Shown: positions 1-9,813 of the stretch, in pieces | Position numbering within the stretch: the stretch's first letter is position 1 | Layout of the letters: the number at the start of each line of letters is the position of its first letter | Assembly (NCBI GenBank): GCA_051251855.1 | Contig: JBPOGI010000003.1 | Coordinates: 384,001-448,000 of the forward strand | Reading direction: 5' to 3' | Source: Roseibacillus sp. | GTDB taxonomy: Bacteria; Verrucomicrobiota; Verrucomicrobiia; Verrucomicrobiales; Akkermansiaceae | Length of the DNA stretch: 64,000 bases | Position numbers and translations under genes: made by a program | Notes under the pieces: model-generated | Databases searched by the model: none | Told to the model about the DNA's origin: nothing | Seen by the model: the letters and a program-made list of their open reading frames with translations, nothing else

Positions 1-2796
1 TTGTTCTTGGTAGCGGGTGAGAAAGGTTTGGTAGGCAGCGAGGAGTTTGGTGACAGTCTCGGAATCGGGCTCATCGGTGGTGGCCAGTTGATAGGCGTTG
101 GTGATTTTTTCCTCAAGGGAGGCGGGGCCTTGAAAGACTTTCTGGGAAAAGGATTGTGCGGCCTCGAAGAAGGCTTCGTCGTTCATGGTCATGAGCGCCT
201 GCAGAGGGGTGTTGCTGACCATGCGGCGTTGGCTGCAGAGTTCGCGCGAAGGGGCGTCGAAGGTGGCCATGCCGGGGAAGGGGATCTCGCGTTTGACGTA
301 GGTGTAGATCATGCGGCGATAGCGGTCTTCGTTTCCTCGGGGAGGGGTGGTCCATTTGTCGCCGCCTTGGAAGGGTTTCCAAAGGCCCTGCGGGATGGGA
401 GGGAAGGCGAGTCCGCCGAGGCGTTTCTCGCTGAGGAGTCCAGCGGTTTGCAGGGTGGCGTCGCGCATCATCTCGGAGGTGAAGCGTTGGCGAGGTCCAT
501 AGGAAAGGTAGAGTTTGCCGTTGTCTTGGGCTCGTTTTTCAGCGCTAACTTCGCCGGTTTGGCGATAGGTGGCGGAGAGGGTAATTTCGCGCAGAAGACC
601 TTTGGTGCTCCATTGATGTTCACTCATGAATTGTTGGGCGAGGTAGTCGAGGAGTGCCGGGTGGGTGGGGGGCATGCCGGCGGCACCGAAGTCTTCGAGG
701 GTTTCGACCAGTCCGTGGCCAAAGAGTTGATGCCAGAGGCGGTTGGCCCAGACGCGAGCGGTGAGAGGGTTCTCGCCTGAGACGAGCCATTCAGCGAAAT
801 CAAGTCGAGTAGGTTTTTCTGCTTGTAAGGGAGGAAGGTGTTTGGGAGTGCCGGGGGTGATGACTTCGCCGCGGGTCATCCAGTTGCCACGGACGAAGAG
901 CCGGGTTTCGCGTTCCCTGCCGGGCTCGCGTTGATGCATGATGAGGGTTCGGGGGCCTTTGATGGCAGCGAGGTCGCGTTTGAGGTGTTCGATGTGGCGG
1001 AAGGCTTCGATGCGCTCGGGGCCGGCGCCTTTTTTGGTCCAATCAGGGTTGTCGCTGAAGGAAAACTGGAATCGGCGCACCACCATGGGGACGCTGTTTT
1101 CATTGCCGCGGACGCCGCTGTGGAGGAGTTCGAGGCGGAAGCGATCGGCGGGGGTGACGTCGGTGAGTGGTTTCTTAAGGACGAGACTGGCCCATTGGGG
1201 ATGAAACATTTTGGTGGTGACAGACCAACCGTTCTTTTGGGAAGGGTCCATGAGGCCGCGCACATAACCTTGGTTGCTGCGGACGCTGGTCGAGACGTGT
1301 TGGAAGGGGATGGGCTCGAAGGTGCCGTCCGGTTTTTGGTGGCTGAGTTGAACGCTTTTGAGGCCGAATCCGTTTTCAGAAAGGTGGCGGGCGGCTGCGA
1401 GGTCTTCAGGGAGAATGGTGAGCTTGAGGACGGTGAGGGGATTTTTGACTTCGCTGCCAAGAGAGAAATCGACGGTGTGGCGTGCACCTCCGCCGGGGGT
1501 GCCGAGGGAGAGAAAGTCGGGGTGGCCGTCTTCGGTGGTGCGGGTTTCTGCAGTGAGGGAGCTGCCTTTGGTGGTGAAGCGGGTTTGGGTAGGAGGGAAC
1601 CACTGCGAATGGGAGTCCATCGCGATGGTGCTTTGATGGTAGGCTTCCTCGGCGGCTCCAAGGGCGTTGAATGCTTCCATTGCTTTCTTCTTTTCTGAGG
1701 GGTTGGAAGGGATGCGCAGTGAGGTGTCGTTGGCGTTGAGGTCGGCGTCGCGGGTATTGTTGAAGAGGGCGAAAGTTTGGTAATACTCCTCGTGCTCGAT
1801 GGGGTCGTAGGGATGAGAGTGGCATTGCACGCATTCCATGGTGAAGCCTTGCCAGACGTTGTAGGTGGTGGCGACGCGGTCCATGATGGCGGCGACACGG
1901 AATTCTTCGTCGTCTGTTCCGCCTTCGCTATTTTGTGTTGTTAGGCGATTGAATCCAGTGGCGACCATGTCCTCGATGGTTCGGTTGGGGAGAAGGTCGC
2001 CAGCGAGTTGTTTAATGGTGAAGTCGGTGAAGGGCATGTCGTTACGAAAGGCTTCGATGACCCAGTTGCGGTAGGGGTAGATGTCGCGACGCTTGTCGAT
2101 ACCAAGGCCTTCGGAATCGGCGTAGCGGGCGAGGTCGAGCCAGACGGAGGCCCAACGTTCGCCATAGGCAGGGGAAGCGAGGAGGCGGTCTACCACAGTG
2201 GCGTCTGCGGTGGGAGAATCGTCTGCGAGGTATTTGGTGAGCTCTTCCGAAGTGGGGAGGAGGCCGGTGAGGTCGAGGGTGACTCGGCGGAGCCATTCGG
2301 GTTTGCTGGCGGGCTTGCTGGGGGTGAGACTTTTTTCCTGAAGGGTGGCAAAGATGTGTTGGTCGATGGGGGTGCGAGCCCAAGGGGAGCCGACTTTGGG
2401 TAGAGAGTTAGGTTCGATTTTTGTGAAGGACCAGTGGCCGGACCATTCGGCTCCTTCGGCTATCCATTGGCGGAAGAGGTCGACTTCTCCTGTGGTGAGG
2501 GGAGGGCCGTGTTTGGCTTGGGGCATGACATCGTCGTCATCGGCGGGAAGGGTGATGCGGCGGATGAGTTCGGATTCATCGGGCTTGCCAGGGACGATGG
2601 CACGCTCGCCGGAGTCGCCTTCGATGAGGGCCTTTTCGCGATAGATGAAAGAGAGACCTCCGGCTTCTTTGACTCCTCCATGGCAGGCGGTGCAGTGCTT
2701 GATAAAGAGGGGATTGATTTCCTGAGCGAAGTCGATCTTTGACTCTGCCAAGAGTGCTTGGCAAAAGAGGAAAAGAATTGAGATGAGGCGAATCAT
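1..2796 (-). CDS. Planctomycete-type cytochrome c (PSCyt1) + DUF1549/DUF1553 (PSD-type) protein; 3' end runs off the window
   Basis: Absent from the ORF track because it has no stop inside the window. ATG at 2796 gives a signal-peptide-like MIRLISILFLFCQALLA, then CTACHGG heme motif, 'FGERWASVWLDLARYADSEG', CMECHSHP, 'ENPLTARVWANRLWHQLFG' and 'PLQALMTMN', typical of this family. Frame spot-checked rather than fully translated. Confidence 0.88.
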   Translation of the reverse strand, partial: MIRLISILFLFCQALLAESKIDFAQEINPLFIKHCTACHGGVKEAGGLSFIYREKALIEGDSGERAIVPGKPDESELIRRITLPADDDDVMPQAKHGPPLTTGEVDLFRQWIAEGAEWSGHWSFTKIEPNSLPKVGSPWARTPIDQHIFATLQEKSLTPSKPASKPEWLRRVTLDLTGLLPTSEELTKYLADDSPTADATVVDRLLASPAYGERWASVWLDLARYADSEGLGIDKRRDIYPYRNWVIEAFRNDMPFTDFTIKQLAGDLLPNRTIEDMVATGFNRLTTQNSEGGTDDEEFRVAAIMDRVATTYNVWQGFTMECVQCHSHPYDPIEHEEYYQTFALFNNTRDADLNANDTSLRIPSNPSEKKKAMEAFNALGAAEEAYHQSTIAMDSHSQWFPPTQTRFTTKGSSLTAETRTTEDGHPDFLSLGTPGGGARHTVDFSLGSEVKNPLTVLKLTILPEDLAAARHLSENGFGLKSVQLSHQKPDGTFEPIPFQHVSTSVRSNQGYVRGLMDPSQKNGWSVTTKMFHPQWASLVLKKPLTDVTPADRFRLELLHSGVRGNENSVPMVVRRFQFSFSDNPDWTKKGAGPERIEAFRHIEHLKRDLAAIKGPRTLIMHQREPGRERETRLFVRGNWMTRGEVITPGTPKHLPPLQAEKPTRLDFAEWLVSGENPLTARVWANRLWHQLFGHGLVETLEDFGAAGMPPTHPALLDYLAQQFMSEHQWSTKGLLREITLSATYRQTGEVSAEKRAQDNGKLYLSYGPRQRFTSEMMRDATLQTAGLLSEKRLGGLAFPPIPQGLWKPFQGGDKWTTPPRGNEDRYRRMIYTYVKREIPFPGMATFDAPSRELCSQRRMVSNTPLQALMTMNDEAFFEAAQSFSQKVFQGPASLEEKITNAYQLATTDEPDSETVTKLLAAYQTFLTRYQEQ

Positions 2797-2911
2797 GGGC
2801 TCAGGTCAGGTGCGTTCCTTCTCCTTTGAGAGGAATCGCATTCACAGCAAGGTTACGTCCTTAGAAAGAGAACCTTGCATTTTTACCTGCTGCTATCGTT
2901 TTGTTGGGAGC

Positions 2912-3319
2912 CTATTCCGTCCATGAAACGTCACCGTCGGCGAAGAATTCTTCCTTCCAGACGGGGAGGCGGTTCTTGAGTTGGAGGGCAAGGTAGTCGC
3001 AAGCGGCAAAGGCGGCAGGGCGGTGGGGTGAGGTTACGGCGATGGCGACCGCGAGCTCGCCAATGCCGAGATGGCCGGTGCGGTGGGTGGCGGCGATTTT
3101 TTCGACGTCGGGGAACTTTTCTAGGGTTTCGGTGATGAGTTTTTGGCCTTCGCTTTGGGCGAGAGTAGGGTGGGCGGTGTAGGCGAGGGCGGTGACTTCT
3201 TTGCCTTGGTGATGGTTACGGACGCGGCCTTCGAAGACGACGAGGGCGCCGGAAGAGGGAGACTCGGCTTGGGTGACGAGGCAGGGGGTGTCTATGGGGT
3301 TGTCGGTGATGGCGAACAC
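2912..3319 (-). CDS. moaE: Molybdopterin synthase catalytic subunit
   Basis: Motifs GALVVFEGRVR, HRTGHLGIGE, SPHRPAAF and LKNRLPVWKEE; next to moaD/moaC. Confidence 0.92.
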   Translation of the reverse strand: MFAITDNPIDTPCLVTQAESPSSGALVVFEGRVRNHHQGKEVTALAYTAHPTLAQSEGQKLITETLEKFPDVEKIAATHRTGHLGIGELAVAIAVTSPHRPAAFAACDYLALQLKNRLPVWKEEFFADGDVSWTE

Positions 3320-3323
3320 GAAG

Positions 3324-3353
3324 GAGTTATTTGTTATGAGTTATTTGTTGTTG
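3324..3353. repeat. Short AT-rich tandem repeat (14-mer x2, 7-nt periodicity) filling the mobA-moaD/moaE gap
   Basis: GAGTTATTTGTTAT GAGTTATTTGTTGT read directly. Confidence 0.7.
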
Positions 3354-3355
3354 GT

Positions 3356-4186
3356 CTAACCGCCGGCGAAGGGGGGGAGGAAGGCGACTTGGGCGTTGTT
3401 GGGGAGAGGAGTGGTCCAGTCGACGAATTCGTCAGCGAGAACGGGTTTGACGGTGTCGAGGTCGAGGCTGAGATGGTGGTTGAGGCGGACTTCTTCGTAG
3501 AGACCGGCGAGGGTAGCGGCGGTAGTGGTGATTTTTTCTTCGGAGGCTGGGGCTTCGGCGCTGAGCTTGCCGAAGTAGGTGATGGTGGCTTCCTTTTCGA
3601 CAAGTCCTGACTTGGAAAGGGTTTTGAGTTCGTGAAGTTGTTCGGGACGGTTGGCGTTGTCGAGCGCGAGGGGATTGGGGAGGGGGAAGGTTTGGGGAGA
3701 GAGGGATTCGAGGAATTTTCGTGCGCAGCGGCGGTCGGCAGCGAGGTAGTCGCGGAGGGATGTGGCTGCAGCGGGTTGGTAGATGGTGCAGAGGGGTTCG
3801 GCGCGACCATCGAGGCGGTTGAGGAAGCAGGTGGCAGGCTGGCTGGGGTCGGCGTTGGTGAGGAGATGTTGGAGGGTTTCGGAGTCGAAGAGGGGGAGGT
3901 CGCAGGCGATGACGAGCCAAGCGGTTTCGGGGTCGTGGGCGAAGGCGGCTTGAATTCCGCCGAGTGGTCCCGGGTTGGGGGTGAGATCAGGGATGGTAGG
4001 GAAGTCGTTGCGGGTGTCGTCGTGGGCGACGGAGAGATAGAACTCCGGGACTTGTGGAGTGACGGTGGCGAGGGTGCGTTCGAGAAGAGTTTTGCCGTCG
4101 AAAACGAGGGAGGCTTTGTCGGTGCCCATGCGGCGGGATTTTCCGCCGACAAGGAGCAGTGCTTTGAGAGGGAAGGAGGTGGTCAT
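3356..4186 (-). CDS. mobA: MobA-like Mo cofactor guanylyltransferase fused to a C-terminal MoaD/ThiS sulfur carrier
   Basis: LLVGGKSRRMGTDKA, GPLGGI and IACDLP (MobA); last ~80 aa run ITYFG...VAFLPPFAGG with a terminal Gly-Gly (MoaD). Confidence 0.88.
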   Translation of the reverse strand: MTTSFPLKALLLVGGKSRRMGTDKASLVFDGKTLLERTLATVTPQVPEFYLSVAHDDTRNDFPTIPDLTPNPGPLGGIQAAFAHDPETAWLVIACDLPLFDSETLQHLLTNADPSQPATCFLNRLDGRAEPLCTIYQPAAATSLRDYLAADRRCARKFLESLSPQTFPLPNPLALDNANRPEQLHELKTLSKSGLVEKEATITYFGKLSAEAPASEEKITTTAATLAGLYEEVRLNHHLSLDLDTVKPVLADEFVDWTTPLPNNAQVAFLPPFAGG

Positions 4187-4275
4187 GCGTGCGCTCTAAG
4201 GTGGCGGAGCATAGGGGGATGACGGGCCTTTGTCAGGAGCCTTTCGGGATTTTTCTGAAGAAGAGAGGCGAAAAG

Positions 4276-4761
4276 TTAGGAGGCGTTAAAGTCAGACTTC
4301 CCACCAGTTTTTTTGGCGAGCTTTAAGTCGCTGATGATGATGGCGGGGTTGGCGGACTTGCACATGTCGTAGAGGGTGAGGGCGGCGACGGAGGCTCCGG
4401 TGAGGGCTTCCATTTCGACGCCAGTTTTACCAGAGGTCTTGGCGGTGCAGGTGACGAGGAGGCTTTGGTCGTCGATGGGGGTGATTTCGACGGCTGAGGA
4501 GTCGAGGGGAAGAGGGTGGCAGAGGGGGATGAGCTGAGAAGTGAGCTTGGTGCCTTGGATGCCGGCAAGGATGGCGGTGTGAAAGACGGGGCCTTTCTTG
4601 TTCTTGAGCTCGCCGTTACTCATCTGGGAAAGGAGTTCGCTCCCAAGGACGACGATGCACGTGGCGATGGCGGTGCGGGTGGTGACGGCCTTTTGACTCA
4701 CGTCGACCATGCGAGGTTGATCGGATTCGGAGAGGTGAGTGAGTGAAGGGGTCTCGGCCAT
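4276..4761 (-). CDS. moaC: Cyclic pyranopterin monophosphate synthase
   Basis: LTHL..MVDVS.K, LIPLCHPL, KTGVEMEALTG, LYDMCKS and KTGGKS motifs. Confidence 0.95.
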   Translation of the reverse strand: MAETPSLTHLSESDQPRMVDVSQKAVTTRTAIATCIVVLGSELLSQMSNGELKNKKGPVFHTAILAGIQGTKLTSQLIPLCHPLPLDSSAVEITPIDDQSLLVTCTAKTSGKTGVEMEALTGASVAALTLYDMCKSANPAIIISDLKLAKKTGGKSDFNAS

Positions 4762-4848
4762 GTTCGAAAACCCTAGTTTCAAGACGAGAGAAAAGCCAGT
4801 TTTTCGAATCGCTCTTCTCTAGAATCGGGCGCTCTCTTATTGGTATCT

Positions 4849-6135
4849 CTAGTTGCCTTGGCGTTCTTTCCATTCTGAGCGCCAGTCCTCGGCCTCTTGT
4901 TTGAAGGTCGGATCGTTGATCATATCCAATGCGCGTTGCGAAAGTTCCGGATCACCCTGTCGATAAAGGGCATGTTGAGAAATTTGGCCAAAACCGCGAT
5001 CTCTCCAGAGGCCTCTCTCGAATTTTTCCAACCAGGCCCAAGCTGCTTCTGGCTGCTGTCGAAGATAGGGTCTGATTCCAAGCTGGAATAGTTCTCTGGC
5101 TTCTTCGCGCTGAGGTAGGTTGGCGACCCAAGCCGCCATCTCAGCAGAATCGGAACTTTTGGCAAAGGATTCGATGCGCTTTGAGGTGGCGCTGTTAGCG
5201 ATTTCTTCCCAACCTTCGTTTGCAATCATTTGTTCGACAGCGTCCTTGGCCAAGGCCGCTGTTTTTGCGGCTCGCAATACTTGGAGGGCGTAGGGGGAAC
5301 GTTGGTTTTCAGGGATTTCTTGAATTGAATTGAAAGGGTATTCGCGTTTTTGCTTTGCCAGGAGGCCGTTAACAATGGCGTTTAGATTTGGATTGTCGGA
5401 TGAATAGGAGGAGAGCAGCTCTTCCTTGGTTAGGTGTTCAGCGAGATGGGGGACGGGGTCATCTGTGAAGGGGTCTTTGCGATCCATGAGTTGGAAGAGC
5501 GCCTTTGGCGAAAGATTTTTGCGTTCCTTAATTTGTTGCCACACTGCGGGCAGGTGCTCTTCCAAGTTGTGGTTTAGGCGACCCAGAGCCTTCAAGAAGG
5601 ATTCGTCCTTCAAGGTGGGAAGAATGGCTGCGAGCTTATCGGGTTCTTGAATAGAGAGAGCTTTGATCCAAGCGTCTTCTAGTTTGGAATTTTCCAAAGG
5701 ACCGAAGCGATTGTTCTCCAGCAACTGAACGATAGAGTCTGATTGGGTCCACATCTCGAGCTCCAATGACCTGAGGAGTTGAGATGACCAGTCATTGCTT
5801 GCTTGGCCACCCCAAGGTTCGGAGAGGATGGCTTCGAGCGCGGCTTCTAAGTCAACTGCGGCCCATTCTTGAAGGAGACTCATTTGGACGGCGCGCCTTT
5901 CTTTTGGTGAAAGGTCTTTCTTGGGAAGGGAATCCCAAGCATTGCGAAAACGGTTTTGACGGGTTTGTTGATATGGGATGAATTGCGCTGACTTTTCCGA
6001 GGTTGGAGAGTTTTTAGTTGTTTCTACTTGTTCGGATGGAGGCTTGCCCCCTAGGGGGTCCGTTTTTGCTTTGGAAAGCTGATAGCTTACGAGGAAGACG
6101 AGAGGAAAGCTGAGAGCGATGAGAATGGTCTTCAT
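4849..6135 (-). CDS. Hypothetical N-terminally anchored helical-repeat protein
   Basis: 428-aa ORF with N-terminal hydrophobic segment and 'WA..D.EAAL' / 'PEAAWAWL' motifs; start overlaps the upstream stop (ATGA). Confidence 0.75.
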   Translation of the reverse strand: MKTILIALSFPLVFLVSYQLSKAKTDPLGGKPPSEQVETTKNSPTSEKSAQFIPYQQTRQNRFRNAWDSLPKKDLSPKERRAVQMSLLQEWAAVDLEAALEAILSEPWGGQASNDWSSQLLRSLELEMWTQSDSIVQLLENNRFGPLENSKLEDAWIKALSIQEPDKLAAILPTLKDESFLKALGRLNHNLEEHLPAVWQQIKERKNLSPKALFQLMDRKDPFTDDPVPHLAEHLTKEELLSSYSSDNPNLNAIVNGLLAKQKREYPFNSIQEIPENQRSPYALQVLRAAKTAALAKDAVEQMIANEGWEEIANSATSKRIESFAKSSDSAEMAAWVANLPQREEARELFQLGIRPYLRQQPEAAWAWLEKFERGLWRDRGFGQISQHALYRQGDPELSQRALDMINDPTFKQEAEDWRSEWKERQGN

Positions 6136-7604
6136 TGTTTCTCGATAAGAAGTTGTGCGCCTTTGGCGAAGGTAGGATTGCCGCTGTTGATGATGGCTTC
6201 GAGGGCAAGGTCGCGGTTAGAGCCTTCCGGGAGTTGGTCCACCCAAGTGAGGTAATCTGAGCCATAGATGGAGAGATTAGTTTGAGTCTTGGTTTTCCAA
6301 GAGTCAGTGAGGTAGGAGTTGACCTTGGGGTCGTTAAAATCCAGTTGCACGCTCTGAACCATTTTGAAAAATGTCTCGGGATTAGCGCGATGAAACCACC
6401 AACGAGCAGCGTAGAGTTTTTGCCAGTCGAGAGCCTCTTGGCCAGCGCCTTGATAGAGTTGCGCGGCCGCCTCGGGGTTGATTTCGGCCAGAGAACGAAA
6501 GAGTTGGCTGCGTGCTTCATCAGCTTGGGTGCTCATTGTGGGAAGTTCTTTTAAGAGAGAATCATAGAGCTCTGTGGCCGAAACTTGTCCGTTGTCGAAG
6601 GCATAAAGCCGGTCGGTGTTTGAGTTGTTCAAGAAGCCTCTCAAATCCTGATAGATGACTTGGGAATTGGCGGCATGGTCGCTCATTCCACGATATCTGC
6701 CAAATTCGCGTGCAAGGTCTGCGCGCCTTTCGATGGAGACCCCGCTATTTTGAATGAGTTCGTTAACGCGATGATTGTTCTTCCCCAACTGAGTTTTTAA
6801 TAATGGGGAAGTTGCCTCATCGCGATAAATGCTGAGAAACCAGTCCAGTCCTTCAGAGCCTCCTTCACTAAGTGAAATTTTCAGGATAGCTTGGGATTGA
6901 AAGTCCTCCTCCAATTTCTGTAGCAATTCCGCTCGGCGTTCGAATGGCCAATGCTGAGCCATGGACTCCACACTGCGATTATTATTCAGCCATTCGGGGT
7001 ATTGATTTTTGATGAGCTGCAGATCCGCGAGGTTGCCTGTCTTTCCCAATAGCTCAAAGAAGGACGAACTGAAGGTGGTGGGGTTGAGTTTGTAGGCATC
7101 GGGTAACCAAGCGAGAGAGTCTCGAAGGCCATTTTGTTCAAGGAGTTCGGCGAGTTGCTCAAAGAAAAGAGCGTGGACAGTCGATACTTTATCAGCTGAT
7201 TGGTCGAGTGAATTGAGCTCTTGGAGAGCTGCAACAGGATCGATGTGTAGCCATTCTCGGAGCCGAAAACTGAGTTTGTCCAAAAGCAAGGGATCGGTAG
7301 AGGATAGCCCAGAGCCAGAGCCAGAGCCAGAGGACTGCAGGGAATCGTAGAGTCTACGAAAATCTTTCCTAGGATCGTCGGATGAGGGGAGTGTGAACTC
7401 AGCTTCCTGAGTTGTTTGGTTGGAAGATTTTTTGGTTGGGATGAGTTGCTCCAAGAGTTGGCTTCCAGATACTTGGGAAGTGAGAGCTTGGGAGGACTTT
7501 GTGCCTTGTTCTTGGTCCGTAATCGAGGGCTCTTTCTTTTGTGCAAAGAACCAACCGAGGCCTGCGACGCAGAGATATGCCAAGCCAAGCAAGCCTACTT
7601 TCAT
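6132..7604 (-). CDS. Hypothetical N-terminally anchored helical-repeat protein
   Basis: 490-aa ORF with TM N-terminus (GLLGLAYLCVAGLGWFFA) and 'WLHIDPVAAL' / 'INPEAAA' motifs. Confidence 0.75.
   Translation of the reverse strand: MKVGLLGLAYLCVAGLGWFFAQKKEPSITDQEQGTKSSQALTSQVSGSQLLEQLIPTKKSSNQTTQEAEFTLPSSDDPRKDFRRLYDSLQSSGSGSGSGLSSTDPLLLDKLSFRLREWLHIDPVAALQELNSLDQSADKVSTVHALFFEQLAELLEQNGLRDSLAWLPDAYKLNPTTFSSSFFELLGKTGNLADLQLIKNQYPEWLNNNRSVESMAQHWPFERRAELLQKLEEDFQSQAILKISLSEGGSEGLDWFLSIYRDEATSPLLKTQLGKNNHRVNELIQNSGVSIERRADLAREFGRYRGMSDHAANSQVIYQDLRGFLNNSNTDRLYAFDNGQVSATELYDSLLKELPTMSTQADEARSQLFRSLAEINPEAAAQLYQGAGQEALDWQKLYAARWWFHRANPETFFKMVQSVQLDFNDPKVNSYLTDSWKTKTQTNLSIYGSDYLTWVDQLPEGSNRDLALEAIINSGNPTFAKGAQLLIEKQ
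7309..7332. repeat. In-frame hexamer tandem repeat (CCAGAG)x4 encoding SGSGSGSG
   Basis: Read directly in sequence. Confidence 0.85.
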
Positions 7605-7672
7605 ATCCCGAAGCCTGTCTCAAATTCGAAGGCAGTCGAGGAGAAAGGGGAGGCTCAAAAGGAGCTTCCCGC

Positions 7673-9670
7673 CTAAGCTGCTGATTTTTTGGAAGCTTGT
7701 GAGGAGATTTTGGTTGGCTTTTTGTTGAGTGTGAGGATGGCTTCAGCGAGGAGAAAGAGGAGCATGGCGAGGAGGAAGGGGCGCCAGATTTCTTGCAGGA
7801 GGCTGCTATCGGCTTCTGTTTTTTGTTCGAAGAAGCTGACGTTGGTGTCGGGGAGGAGGGTCTCTTCGATTTCCTCGGGGTCGAGTTTGGCAAGGGTGAG
7901 TTCGGACTCGGGGAGGTTGAGAGCGAGGAGGGTGGCTTCGCCGTCCTCGAGTCGGTAGACGCCAGCTGCATCTGGATAGTCGGAATCGTTGAGGGCGGAA
8001 TCGACTAGAGTGGCTGCGAGGGCAGGGGCTTGGCCGGCGATTTGGCTGTTCTCGTCAAGGCGAGTGGCTCCCGCTTCTAACAGACGCTGCACGAGGACGA
8101 GGTGGAGGGCGGTTTGTTCGAGGTCGGACCAAGTATAGTCTGGAAGAGTGGTGAGGAGGTGGGCGGTGCCTTGTCCGAGGATTTTTCTCACAAGAAGAGG
8201 GGAGCCGTCGTCCCAGCTTGCGAGGGGGATGGCGTCGCTGGAGGGAGCGAGAGGAAGGCGCTTGATGGAGCGGAGTTGGTCGAGGGGAAGGGTGGTGCCG
8301 TCTTGGCCATCACGGAAGGGGCCTTCGTCACGGCGCCAGTTGTCGCTGGCGATGAAGAATTTGCCGGAGGGAGCGGTCTCGATGGGGTTCCACGCGAGGG
8401 TGGCGAAGGTGGCGTCGGGGTTGCTCTCGTTGGGGAGGAAGAGGACTTGGCCACCGGTTTCGAGATAGCTGCGTACGATGACTGCGGCGGTATCGGTGGG
8501 AAGGGGAGCGGCCCAGATGAGGAGGGCGCTGTCGGTGAGGTCGAGGGCGGCGATGTCGGGGCTGGGGCCGGCGAGGATGAGTTGTTCGATTTGGAAGGTA
8601 TCGAGTCCGGGAGGGGCGACGGCGCGGGTGAGGGCGGTCATGGCGTCGTCAGGCAAGGTGCCGTCGTGAACGAGGGTGGTGAGGAGAGGCTTTTGCTCGC
8701 CGTAGGTGAAGTAGAGGTGGTTGTCGCGCAGGTTGGGATCGGGGGGGAGAGAAACGCGGCCCCAGCCAGAGGCTTCGGCGTTGGGGAGAGGGAGGGTGCG
8801 GCTGAAGCGGAGGGTCTGGCCTTCGACGGCGACGGTGTCGGTGGTGGGCGCACCATTGAGATTGATGGTGACGGGGATAGTGGAAGCCCCGGTGGATTCG
8901 TCGCGGGTGAGTTCGAGTTCGAGGGTGAGTTCTTTTTCACTCCGTCGGCTGGTGAGCAGTCGGATGCTACGGTTGTCGCGTGGGGTCTCCGGGAGGGCGA
9001 GGATGCGGAGGGAGGTGGGTGAGGGGAGGTCGTTGAGGGTTTGCGCAAAGGCGGGCCAGCGTGAGTCGTCGGTACGCCAGTTGGCGAGTTGAAGGTCGGT
9101 GGCGAGCCAGACTTCGGTGCGGCCAGGTTGAGCTTCGCGAAGATAGTCGAAGGTGGTGGCCAGGAGAGTAGGAAGGTCGGCAGAGGTGTCGGTGGGGCCG
9201 GTGGTCGAGAGTTCGGGGAGGATGTCGGGAGAGGGGACCTCGGTGACTTCTCCGGTGGCGGAATCGAGGAGGACGAGGCGAGCGGTTTCGAGTTCTGCCA
9301 TGGCGTCGGCGACCTGTTGGAGGATGAGTTCGCGCTTGGTGGGCTGGCCATCGGCTTCGGCGCGCTCCATGGATGCGGAGCGATCGAGAATGAGAACGAC
9401 GGTATCGACGCTCGCTCCGAATCCGAGGAATCCGCCAAGCAAGGGGCGAGCGATGGCGAAGATGAGAGCGGCGACGGCCAAGGCACGGCAAGTGAGGATG
9501 ATGATGTGCTTGAGCTTTTTCTTTCCACGGGACTCGCGAGTGGCTTTCAGGAGAAAGTCCATCGCGGCCCACTTGACGGTGCGATGCCTCCTGCGGTTGA
9601 GCAGGTGAATGATGATGGGGAGGGAGACGGCAAGCAGTCCCCAAAGAAGGGCAGGTTGAAGAAAGGACAT
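7673..9670 (-). CDS. BatA-domain (N-terminal double TM) / VWA membrane protein
   Basis: MSFLQPALLWGLLAVSLPIIIHLLNRRR..WAAMDFL BatA signature, LILDRSASM MIDAS-like motif and a C-terminal TM. Confidence 0.9.
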   Translation of the reverse strand: MSFLQPALLWGLLAVSLPIIIHLLNRRRHRTVKWAAMDFLLKATRESRGKKKLKHIIILTCRALAVAALIFAIARPLLGGFLGFGASVDTVVLILDRSASMERAEADGQPTKRELILQQVADAMAELETARLVLLDSATGEVTEVPSPDILPELSTTGPTDTSADLPTLLATTFDYLREAQPGRTEVWLATDLQLANWRTDDSRWPAFAQTLNDLPSPTSLRILALPETPRDNRSIRLLTSRRSEKELTLELELTRDESTGASTIPVTINLNGAPTTDTVAVEGQTLRFSRTLPLPNAEASGWGRVSLPPDPNLRDNHLYFTYGEQKPLLTTLVHDGTLPDDAMTALTRAVAPPGLDTFQIEQLILAGPSPDIAALDLTDSALLIWAAPLPTDTAAVIVRSYLETGGQVLFLPNESNPDATFATLAWNPIETAPSGKFFIASDNWRRDEGPFRDGQDGTTLPLDQLRSIKRLPLAPSSDAIPLASWDDGSPLLVRKILGQGTAHLLTTLPDYTWSDLEQTALHLVLVQRLLEAGATRLDENSQIAGQAPALAATLVDSALNDSDYPDAAGVYRLEDGEATLLALNLPESELTLAKLDPEEIEETLLPDTNVSFFEQKTEADSSLLQEIWRPFLLAMLLFLLAEAILTLNKKPTKISSQASKKSAA

Positions 9671-9708
9671 GTGTTGTTCGAAAGTTGGTAGGTGTGGGGC
9701 GGGTCTGC

Positions 9709-9751
9709 GAGGCCTTGAAAAACTCAATGTTCAAAAACTCAAAAACCAAAG
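9709..9751 (+). repeat. 43-bp inverted-repeat core, left arm of element copy 1
   Basis: GAGGCCTTGAAAAACTCAATGTTCAAAAACTCAAAAACCAAAG; 40/43 match to the reverse complement of 10183-10225. Confidence 0.95.
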
Positions 9752-9813
9752 GTGGGCGTTTTGAGGTGTGAGACGGGAATGGTAGTGAAAGGATTTGGGT
9801 GCGACTGAGATGG

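Noticed and set aside
1..2742. Plus-strand ORFs 1-780, 838-1698, 2008-2403 and 2434-2742, and Ser/Pro-rich alternative-frame ORFs
   Set aside because: They are antisense or off-frame shadows of the minus-strand cytochrome gene. The same applies to long shadows such as 11233-12366, 20039-21193 and 56731-58095.
4762..4848. Moco riboswitch upstream of moaC
   Set aside because: The gap is only ~87 bp and shows no recognisable multi-stem structure; an Rfam scan would be needed to exclude it.
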